Shown here one piece after another: positions 1-11,200 of a DNA stretch of 64,000 bases (position 1 is its first letter; each line of letters starts with the position of its first letter). The DNA lies in NCBI GenBank assembly GCA_043228905.1, contig JBHGNT010000101.1, forward strand, positions 25,833 to 89,832, read 5' to 3'. The DNA comes from Azolla caroliniana (lineage: Eukaryota; Plantae; Polypodiophyta). A model generated the notes under the pieces. It made no database searches. It worked only from the letters and a program-made list of their open reading frames with translations, and had not been told where the DNA came from. Both the position numbers and the translations under genes were made by a program.

Positions 1-453
1 TATGGAGTTAAAAAATCAAGATTTTGAAACTCAGGTCGGGAGACATGACGAGATTACCAAATTTGAGGAGTGAGTTAAGAAGAGCTATGAGTTAAATTAA
101 AATGTTCATACCTGGCTCGTGTGATATCGGATTTTGTGTTCAAACATGCGAATCGAACCTAACAACGCTAGCTATGATATGGAATTAGAAAATCAAGATT
201 TTGAAACTCAGGTCGAGAGACATGATGAGATTACCAAATTTGAGGAGTGAGTTGAGAGAAGCCCTTGAGTAAATTAAAATGTTCATACCTGGCTCGTGTG
301 ATATCGGATTTTTGTGTTCAAACATGCGAATCGAAGCTAACAACGCTAGCTATGATAGGGAATTAAAAAGCCAAGATTTTGAAACTCAGGTCGAGAGACA
401 TGATGAGATTACCAAATTTGAGGAGTGAGTTGAGACAAGCCCTTGAGTAAATT

Positions 454-2214
454 AAAATGTTCATACCTGGCTCGTGTGATATCGGATTTTTGTGTTCAAA
501 CATGCGAATCGAAGCTAACAACGCTGGCTATTATATGGAATTATAGAATCAAGATTTTGAAACTCAGGTCGAGAGACATGATGAGATTACCAAATTTGAG
601 GAGTGAGTTGAGAGAAGCCCTTGAGTAAATTAAAATGTTCATACCTGGCTCGTGTGATATCGGATTTTTGTGTTCAAACATGCGAATCGAAGCTAACAAC
701 GCTGGCTATTATATGGAATTATAGAATCAAGATTTTGAAACTCAGGTCGAGAGACATGATGAGATTACCAAATTTTAGGAGTGAGTTGAGAGAAGCCCTT
801 GAGTAAATTAAAATGTTCATACCTGGCTCGTGTGATATCGGATTTTTGTGTTCAAACATGCGAATCGAAGCTAACAACGCTAGCTATGATATGGAATTAG
901 AAAATCAAGATTTTGAAACTCAGGTCGAGAGACATGATGAGATTACCAAATTTGAGGAGTGAGTTTAGAGAAGCCCTTGAGTAAATTAAAATGTTCATAC
1001 CTGGCTCGTGTGATATCCGAATTTTGTGTTCAAACATGCGAATCGAACCTAACAACGCTAGCTATGATATGGAATTAAAAAATCAAGATTTTGAAACTCA
1101 GGTCGAGAGACATGATGAGATTACCAAATTTGAGGAGTGAGTTGAGAGAAGCCCTTGAGTAAATTAAAATGTTCATACCTGGCTCGTGTGATATCGGATT
1201 TTTGTGTTCAAACATGTGAATCGAAGCTAACAACGCTAGCTATGATATGGAATTAAAAAATCAAGATTTTCAAACTCAGGTCGAGAGACATCACGAAAAT
1301 ACCAAATTTGAGGAGTGAGTTAAGAAGAGCTATGAGTTAAATTAAAATGTTCATACCTGGCTCGTGTGATATCGGATTTTTGTGTTCAAACATGCGAATC
1401 GAAGGTAACATCGCTAGCTATGATATGGAATTAAAAAAGCAAGATTTTCAAACTCAGGTCGAGAGACATGATGAGATTACCAAATTTGAGGAGTGAGTTG
1501 AGAGAAGCCCTTGAGTAAATTAAAATGTTCATACCTGGCTCGTGTGATATCGGATTTTTGTGTTCAAACATGCGAATCGAAGCTAACAACGCTGGCTATG
1601 ATATGGAATTAAAAAATCAAGATTTTCAAACTCAGGTCGAGAGACATGATGAGATTACCAAATTTGAGGAGTGAGTTGAGAGAAGCCCTTGAGTAAATTA
1701 AAATGTTCATACCTGGCTCGTGTGATATCGGATTTTTGTGTTCAAACATGCGAATCGAAGCTAACAACGCTAGCTATGATATGGAATTAAAAAATCAAGA
1801 TTTTGAAACTCAGATCGAGAGACATGATGAGATTACCAAATTTGAGGACTGAGTTGAGAGAAGCCCTTGAGTAAATTAAAATGTTCATACCTGGCTCGTG
1901 TGATATCGGATTTTTGTGTTCAAACATGCGAATCGAAGCTAACAATGCTAGCTATGATATGGAGTTAAAAAATCAAGATTTTGAAACTCAGGTCGGGAGA
2001 CATGACGAGATTACCAAATTTGAGGAGTGAGTTAAGAAGAGCTATGAGTTAAATTAAAATGTTCATACCTGGCTCGTGTGATATCGGATTTTGTGTTCAA
2101 ACATGCGAATCGAAGCTAACAACGCTAGCTATGATATGGAATTAAAAAATCAAGATTTTGAAACTCAGGTCGAGAGACATGATGAGATTACCAAATTTGA
2201 GGAGTGAGTTGAGA
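454..2214 (+). repeat. ~10-monomer higher-order block, copy 1 (other copies at ~3677-5399, ~8443-10200, partial at ~12718-13800)
   Basis: The same ordered variants recur: two TATAGAATC monomers, TTTTAGGAG, GAGTTTAGAG, ATCCGAA/AACCT, CATGTG, GAAGGTAAC/AAAGCAAG, CAGATCG/GGACTG. Offsets are 3185, 7989 and 12264 bp, matching the ORF track. Confidence 0.9.
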
Positions 2215-3657
2215 AAAGCTCTTGAGTAAATTAAAATGTTCATACCTGGCTCGTGTGATATCGGATTTTTGTGTTCAAACATGCGAATCGAAGCTAACAA
2301 CGCTAGCTATGATAGGGAATTAAAAAGCCAAGATTTTGAAACTCAGGTCGAGAGACATGATGAGATTACCAAATTTGAGGAGTGAGTTGAGAGAAGCCCT
2401 TTAGTTAAATTAAAATGTTCATACCTGGCTCGTGTGATATCGGATTTTTGTGTTCAAACATGCAAATCGAAGCTAACTACGCTAGCTATGATATGGAATT
2501 AAAAAATCAAGATTTTGAAACTCAGGTCGAGAGACATGATGAGATTACCAAATTTGAGGAGTGAGTTGAGAGAAGCCCTTGAGTAAATTAAAATGTTCAT
2601 ACCTGGCTCGTGTGATATCGGATTTTTGTGTTCAAACATGTGAATCGAAGCTAACAACGCTAGCTATGATATGGAATTAAAAAATCAAGATTTTGAAACT
2701 CAGGTCGAGAGACATGATGAGATTACCAAATTTGAGGAGTGAGTTGAGAGAAGCCCTTGAGTAAATTAAAATGTTCATACCTGGCTCGTGTGATATCGGA
2801 TTTTTGTGATCAAACATGCGAATCGAAGCTAACAACGCTAGCTATGATATGGAATTAGAAAATCAAGATTTTGAAACTCAGGTCGAGAGACATGATGAGA
2901 TTACCAAATTTGAGGAGTGAGTTGAGAGAAGCCCTTGAGTAAATTAAAATGTTCATACCTGGCTCGTGTGATATCCGAATTTTGTGTTCAAACATGCGAA
3001 TCGAACCTAACAACGCTAGCTATGATATGGAATTAAAAAATCAAGATTTTGAAACTCAGGTCGAGAGACATGATGAGATTACCAAATTTGAGGAGTGAGT
3101 TGAGAGAAGCCCTTGAGTAAATTAAAATGTTCATACCTGGCTCGTGTGATATCGGATTTTTGTGTTCAAACATGTGAATCGAAGCTAACAACGCTAGCTA
3201 TGATATGGAATTAAAAAATCAAGATTTTGAAACTCAGGTCGAGAGACATGACTAAAATACCAAATTTGAGGAGTGAGTTAAGAAGAGCTATGAGTTAAAT
3301 TAAAATGTTCATACCTGGCTCGTGTGATATCAGAATTTTGTGTTCAAACATGCGAATCGAAGCTAACAATGCTAGCTATGATATGGAGTTAAAAAATCAA
3401 GATTTTGAAACTCAGGTCGGAAGACATGACGAGATTACCAAATTTGAGGAGTGAGTTAGGAAGAGCTATGAGTTAAATTAAAATGTTCATACCTGGCTCG
3501 TGTGATATCGGATTTTTGTGTTCAAACATGCGAATCGAAGCTAACAACGCTAGCTATGATATGGAATTAAAAAATCAAGATTTTCAAACTCAGGTCGAGA
3601 GACATGATGAGATTACCAAATTTGAGGAGTGAGTTGAGAGAAGCCCTTGAGTAAATT

Positions 3658-3816
3658 AAAATGTTCATACAAATTTGTGTTCAAACATGCGAATCGAAGC
3701 TAACAACGCTGGCTATTATATGGAATTATAGAATCAAGATTTTGAAACTCAGGTCGAGAGACATGATGAGATTACCAAATTTGAGGAGTGAGTTGAGAGA
3801 AGCCCTTGAGTAAATT
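3658..3816 (+). other. Truncated monomer with a net 19-bp deletion at ~3671
   Basis: ATGTTCATAC-AAATTT-GTGTTC replaces ATGTTCATAC-CTGGCTCGTGTGATATCGGATTTTT-GTGTTC (6 vs 25 bp). Array phase arithmetic agrees (621 to 3806 = 18x178 - 19, with one +1 and one -1 indel cancelling). Confidence 0.95.
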
Positions 3817-5059
3817 AAAATGTTCATACCTGGCTCGTGTGATATCGGATTTTTGTGTTCAAACATGCGAATCGAAGCTAACAACGCTGGCTATTATATG
3901 GAATTATAGAATCAAGATTTTGAAACTCAGGTCGAGAGACATGATGAGATTACCAAATTTTAGGAGTGAGTTGAGAGAAGCCCTTGAGTAAATTAAAATG
4001 TTCATACCTGGCTCGTGTGATATCGGATTTTTGTGTTCAAACATGCGAATCGAAGCTAACAACGCTAGCTATGATATGGAATTAGAAAATCAAGATTTTG
4101 AAACTCAGGTCGAGAGACATGATGAGATTACCAAATTTGAGGAGTGAGTTTAGAGAAGCCCTTGAGTAAATTAAAATGTTCATACCTGGCTCGTGTGATA
4201 TCCGAATTTTGTGTTCAAACATGCGAATCGAACCTAACAACGCTAGCTATGATATGGAATTAAAAAATCAAGATTTTGAAACTCAGGTCGAGAGACATGA
4301 TGAGATTACCAAATTTGAGGAGTGAGTTGAGAGAAGCCCTTGAGTAAATTAAAATGTTCATACCTGGCTCGTGTGATATCGGATTTTTGTGTTCAAACAT
4401 GTGAATCGAAGCTAACAACGCTAGCTATGATATGGAATTAAAAAATCAAGATTTTCAAACTCAGGTCGAGAGACATCACGAAAATACCAAATTTGAGGAG
4501 TGAGTTAAGAAGAGCTATGAGTTAAATTAAAATGTTCATACCTGGCTCGTGTGATATCGGATTTTTGTGTTCAAACATGCGAATCGAAGGTAACATCGCT
4601 AGCTATGATATGGAATTAAAAAAGCAAGATTTTCAAACTCAGGTCGAGAGACATGATGAGATTACCAAATTTGAGGAGTGAGTTGAGAGAAGCCCTTGAG
4701 TAAATTAAAATGTTCATACCTGGCTCGTGTGATATCGGATTTTTGTGTTCAAACATGCGAATCGAAGCTAACAACGCTGGCTATGATATGGAATTAAAAA
4801 ATCAAGATTTTCAAACTCAGGTCGAGAGACATGATGAGATTACCAAATTTGAGGAGTGAGTTGAGAGAAGCCCTTGAGTAAATTAAAATGTTCATACCTG
4901 GCTCGTGTGATATCGGATTTTTGTGTTCAAACATGCGAATCGAAGCTAACAACGCTAGCTATGATATGGAATTAAAAAATCAAGATTTTGAAACTCAGAT
5001 CGAGAGACATGATGAGATTACCAAATTTGAGGACTGAGTTGAGAGAAGCCCTTGAGTAA

Positions 5060-8000
5060 ATTAAAATGTTCATACCTGGCTCGTGTGATATCGGATTTTT
5101 GTGTTCAAACATGCGAATCGAAGCTAACAATGCTAGCTATGATATGGAGTTAAAAAATCAAGATTTTGAAACTCAGGTCGGGAGACATGACGAGATTACC
5201 AAATTTGAGGAGTGAGTTAAGAAGAGCTATGAGTTAAATTAAAATGTTCATACCTGGCTCGTGTGATATCGGATTTTGTGTTCAAACATGCGAATCGAAG
5301 CTAACAACGCTAGCTATGATATGGAATTAAAAAATCAAGATTTTGAAACTCAGGTCGAGAGACATGATGAGATTACCAAATTTGAGGAGTGAGTTGAGAG
5401 AAGCCCTTGAGTAAATTAAAATGTACATACCTGGCTCGTGTGATATCCGAATTTTGTGTTCAAACATGCGAATCGAACCTAACAACGCTAGCTATGATAT
5501 GGAATTAAAAAATCAAGATTTTGAAACTCAGGTCGAGAGACATGATGAGATTACCAAATTTGAGGAGTGAGTTGAGAAAAGCCCTTGAGTAAATTAAAAT
5601 GTTCATACCTGGCTCGTGTGATATCGGATTTTTGTGTTCAAACATGCGAATCGAAGCTAACAACGCTAGCTATGATAGGGAATTAAAAAGCCAAGATTTT
5701 GAAACTCAGGTTGAGAGACATGATGAGATTACCAAATTTGAGGAGTGAGTTGAGAGAAGCCCTTGAGTAAATTAAAATGTTCATACCTGGCTCGTGTGAT
5801 ATAGGATTTTTGTGTTCAAACATGTGAATCGAAGCTAACAACGCTAGCTATGATATGGAATTAAAAAATCAAGATTTTGAAACTCAGGTCGAGAGACATG
5901 ATGAGATTACCAAATTTGAGGAGTGAGTTGAGAAAAGCCCTTGAGTAAATTAAAATGTTCATACCTGGCTCGTGTGATATCGGATTTTTGTGTTCAAACA
6001 TGCGAATCGAAGCTAACAACGCTAGCTATGATAGGGAATTAAAAAGCCAAGATTTTGAAACTCAGGTGGAGAGACATGATGAGATTACCAAATTTGAGGA
6101 GTGAGTTGAGAGAAGCCCTTGAGTAAATTAAAATGTTCATACCTGGCTCGTGTGATATAGGATTTTTGTGTTCAAACATGTGAATCGAAGCTAACAACGC
6201 TAGCTATGATATGGAATTAAAAAATCAAGATTTTGAAACTCAGGTCGAGAGACATGATGAGATTACCAAATTTGAGGAGTGAGTTGAGAGAAGCCCTTGA
6301 GTAAATTAAAATGTTCATACCTGGCTCGTGTGATATCGGATTTTTGTGTTCAAACATGCGAATCGAAGCTAACAACGCTAGCTATGATATGGAATTAAAA
6401 AATCAAGATTTTCAAACTCAGGTCGAGAGACATGATGAGATTACCAAATTTGAGGAGTGAGTTGAGAGAAGCCCTTGAGTAAATTAAAATGTTCATACCT
6501 GGCTCGTGTGATATCGGATTTTTGTGTTCAAACATGCGAATCGAACCTAACAACGCTAGCTATGATATGGAATTAGAAAATCAAGATTTTGAAACTCAGG
6601 TCGAGAGACATGACGAAAATACCAAATTTGAGGAGTGAGTTAAGAAGAGCTATGAGTTAAATTAAAATGTTCATACCTGGCTCGTGTGATATCGGATTTT
6701 TGTGTTCAAACATGCGAATCGAAGCTAACAATGCTAGCTATGATATGGAGTTAAAAAATCAAGATTTTGAAACTCAGGTCGGGAGACATGACGAGATTAC
6801 CAAATTTGAGGAGTGAGTTAAGAAGAGCTATGAGTTAAATTAAAATGTTCATACCTGGCTCGTGTGATATCGGATTTTGTGTTCAAACATGCGAATCGAA
6901 GCTAACAACGCTAGCTATGATATGGAATTAAAAAATCAAGATTTTGAAACTCAGGTCGAGAGACATGATGAGATTACCAAATTTGAGGAGTGAGTTGAGA
7001 GAAGCCCTTGAGTAAATTAAAATGTACATACCTGGCTCGTGTGATATCCGAATTTTGTGTTCAAACATGCGAATCGAACCTAACAACGCTAGCTATGATA
7101 TGGAATTAAAAAATCAAGATTTTGAAACTCAGGTCGAGAGACATGATGAGATTACCAAATTTGAGGAGTGAGTTGAGAAAAGCCCTTGAGTAAATTAAAA
7201 TGTTCATACCTGGCTCGTGTGATATCGGATTTTTGTGTTCAAACATGCGAATCGAAGCTAACAACGCTAGCTATGATAGGGAATTAAAAAGCCAAGATTT
7301 TGAAACTCAGGTTGAGAGACATGATGAGATTACCAAATTTGAGGAGTGAGTTGAGAGAAGCCCTTGAGTAAATTAAAATGTTCATACCTGGCTCGTGTGA
7401 TATAGGATTTTTGTGTTCAAACATGTGAATCGAAGCTAACAACGCTAGCTATGATATGGAATTAAAAAATCAAGATTTTGAAACTCAGGTCGAGAGACAT
7501 GATGAGATTACCAAATTTGAGGAGTGAGTTGAGAAAAGCCCTTGAGTAAATTAAAATGTTCATACCTGGCTCGTGTGATATCGGATTTTTGTGTTCAAAC
7601 ATGCGAATCGAAGCTAACAACGCTAGCTATGATAGGGAATTAAAAAGCCAAGATTTTGAAACTCAGGTGGAGAGACATGATGAGATTACCAAATTTGAGG
7701 AGTGAGTTGAGAGAAGCCCTTGAGTAAATTAAAATGTTCATACCTGGCTCGTGTGATATAGGATTTTTGTGTTCAAACATGTGAATCGAAGCTAACAACG
7801 CTAGCTATGATATGGAATTAAAAAATCAAGATTTTGAAACTCAGGTCGAGAGACATGATGAGATTACCAAATTTGAGGAGTGAGTTGAGAGAAGCCCTTG
7901 AGTAAATTAAAATGTTCATACCTGGCTCGTGTGATATCGGATTTTTGTGTTCAAACATGCGAATCGAAGCTAACAACGCTAGCTATGATATGGAATTAAA

Positions 8001-8213
8001 AAATCAAGATTTTCAAACTCAGGTCGAGAGACATGATGAGATTACCAAATTTGAGGAGTGAGTTGAGAGAAGCCCTTGAGTAAATTAAAATGTTCATACC
8101 TGGCTCGTGTGATATCGGATTTTTGTGTTCAAACATGCGAATCGAACCTAACAACGCTAGCTATGATATGGAATTAGAAAATCAAGATTTTGAAACTCAG
8201 GTCGAGAGACATG
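5060..8213 (+). repeat. 9-monomer tandem duplication (offset 1601 bp) containing a nested 2-monomer duplication (356 bp)
   Basis: ATGTACATAC at 5421 and 7022; CAGGTTGAG at ~5707 and ~7308; CAGGTGGAG at ~6063 and ~7664; GATATAGGA twice per copy, 356 bp apart. Confidence 0.9.
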
Positions 8214-11200
8214 ATGAGATTACCAAATTTGAGGAGTGAGTTGAGAGAAGCCCTTGAGTAAATTAAAATGTTCATACCTGGCTCGTGTGATATCGGATTT
8301 TTGTGTTCAAACATGCGAATCGAAGCTAACAACGCTAGCTATGATAGGGAATTAAAAAGCCAAGATTTTGAAACTCAGGTCGAGAGACATGATGAGATTA
8401 CCAAATTTGAGGAGTGAGTTGAGACAAGCCCTTGAGTAAATTAAAATGTTCATACCTGGCTCGTGTGATATCGGATTTTTGTGTTCAAACATGCGAATCG
8501 AAGCTAACAACGCTGGCTATTATATGGAATTATAGAATCAAGATTTTGAAACTCAGGTCGAGAGACATGATGAGATTACCAAATTTGAGGAGTGAGTTGA
8601 GAGAAGCCCTTGAGTAAATTAAAATGTTCATACCTGGCTCGTGTGATATCGGATTTTTGTGTTCAAACATGCGAATCGAAGCTAACAACGCTGGCTATTA
8701 TATGGAATTATAGAATCAAGATTTTGAAACTCAGGTCGAGAGACATGATGAGATTACCAAATTTTAGGAGTGAGTTGAGAGAAGCCCTTGAGTAAATTAA
8801 AATGTTCATACCTGGCTCGTGTGATATCGGATTTTTGTGTTCAAACATGCGAATCGAAGCTAACAACGCTAGCTATGATATGGAATTAGAAAATCAAGAT
8901 TTTGAAACTCAGGTCGAGAGACATGATGAGATTACCAAATTTGAGGAGTGAGTTTAGAGAAGCCCTTGAGTAAATTAAAATGTTCATACCTGGCTCGTGT
9001 GATATCCGAATTTTGTGTTCAAACATGCGAATCGAACCTAACAACGCTAGCTATGATATGGAATTAAAAAATCAAGATTTTGAAACTCAGGTCGAGAGAC
9101 ATGATGAGATTACCAAATTTGAGGAGTGAGTTGAGAGAAGCCCTTGAGTAAATTAAAATGTTCATACCTGGCTCGTGTGATATCGGATTTTTGTGTTCAA
9201 ACATGTGAATCGAAGCTAACAACGCTAGCTATGATATGGAATTAAAAAATCAAGATTTTCAAACTCAGGTCGAGAGACATGACGAAAATACCAAATTTGA
9301 GGAGTGAGTTAAGAAGAGCTATGAGTTAAATTAAAATGTTCATACCTGGCTCGTGTGATATCGGATTTTTGTGTTCAAACATGCGAATCGAAGGTAACAT
9401 CGCTAGCTATGATATGGAATTAAAAAAGCAAGATTTTCAAACTCAGGTCGAGAGACATGATGAGATTACCAAATTTGAGGAGTGAGTTGAGAGAAGCCCT
9501 TGAGTAAATTAAAATGTTCATACCTGGCTCGTGTGATATCGGATTTTTGTGTTCAAACATGCGAATCGAAGCTAACAACGCTGGCTATGATATGGAATTA
9601 AAAAATCAAGATTTTCAAACTCAGGTCGAGAGACATGATGAGATTACCAAATTTGAGGAGTGAGTTGAGAGAAGCCCTTGAGTAAATTAAAATGTTCATA
9701 CCTGGCTCGTGTGATATCGGATTTTTGTGTTCAAACATGCGAATCGAAGCTAACAACGCTAGCTATGATATGGAATTAAAAAATCAAGATTTTGAAACTC
9801 AGATCGAGAGACATGATGAGATTACCAAATTTGAGGACTGAGTTGAGAGAAGCCCTTGAGTAAATTAAAATGTTCATACCTGGCTCGTGTGATATCGGAT
9901 TTTTGTGTTCAAACATGCGAATCGAAGCTAACAATGCTAGCTATGATATGGAGTTAAAAAATCAAGATTTTGAAACTCAGGTCGGGAGACATGACGAGAT
10001 TACCAAATTTGAGGAGTGAGTTAACAAGAGCTATGAGTTAAATTAAAATGTTCATACCTGGCTCGTGTGATATCGGATTTTTGTGTTCAAACATGCGAAT
10101 CGAAGCTAACAACGCTAGCTATGATATGGAATTAAAAAATCAAGATTTTGAAACTCAGGTCGAGAGACATGATGAGATTACCAAATTTGAGGAGTGAGTT
10201 GAGAGAAGCCCTTGAGTAAATTAAAATGTACATACCTGGCTCGTGTGATATCCGAATTTTGTGTTCAAACATGCGAATCGAACCTAACAACGCTAGCTAT
10301 GATATGGAATTAAAAAATCAAGATTTTGAAACTCAGGTCGAGAGACATGATGAGATTACCAAATTTGAGGAGTGAGTTGAGAAAAGCCCTTGAGTAAATT
10401 AAAATGTTCATACCTGGCTCGTGTGATATCGGATTTTTGTGTTCAAACATGCGAATCGAAGCTAACAACGCTAGCTATGATAGGGAATTAAAAAGCCAAG
10501 ATTTTGAAACTCAGGTTGAGAGACATGATGAGATTACCAAATTTGAGGAGTGAGTTGAGAGAAGCCCTTGAGTAAATTAAAATGTTCATACCTGGCTCGT
10601 GTGATATAGGATTTTTGTGTTCAAACATGCGAATCGAAGCTAACAACGCTGGCTATTATATGGAATTATAGAATCAAGATTTTGAAACTCAGGTCGGGAG
10701 ACATGACGAGATTACCAAATTTGAGGAGTGAGTTAAGAAGAGCTATGAGTTAAATTAAAATGTTCATACCTGGCTCGTGTGATATCGGATTTTTGTGTTC
10801 AAACATGCGAATCGAACCTAACAACGCTAGCTAGGATATGGAATTAAAAAATCAAGATTTTGAAACTCAGGTCGAGAGACATGATGAGATTACCAAATTT
10901 GAGGAGTGAGTTGAGAAAAGCCCTTGAGTAAATTAAAATGTTCATACCTGGCTCGTGTGATATCGGATTTTTGTGTTCAAACATGCGAATCGAAGCTAAC
11001 AACGCTAGCTATGATAGGGAATTAAAAAGCCAAGATTTTGAAACTCAGGTCGAGAGACATGATGAGATTACCAAATTTGAGGAGTGAGTTGAGAGAAGCC
11101 CTTTAGTTAAATTAAAATGTTCATACCTGGCTCGTGTGATATCGGATTTTTGTGTTCAAACATGCAAATCGAAGCTAACTACGCTAGCTATGATATGGAA

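Noticed and set aside
129-6880. 1-bp T-tract deletions (GGATTTTGTG at ~129, 2086, 5271, 6872) as sequencing errors
   Set aside because: They recur in the same monomer context (after the GGGAGAC/type-B monomer), so they are probably one inherited variant and not independent errors. Minor.
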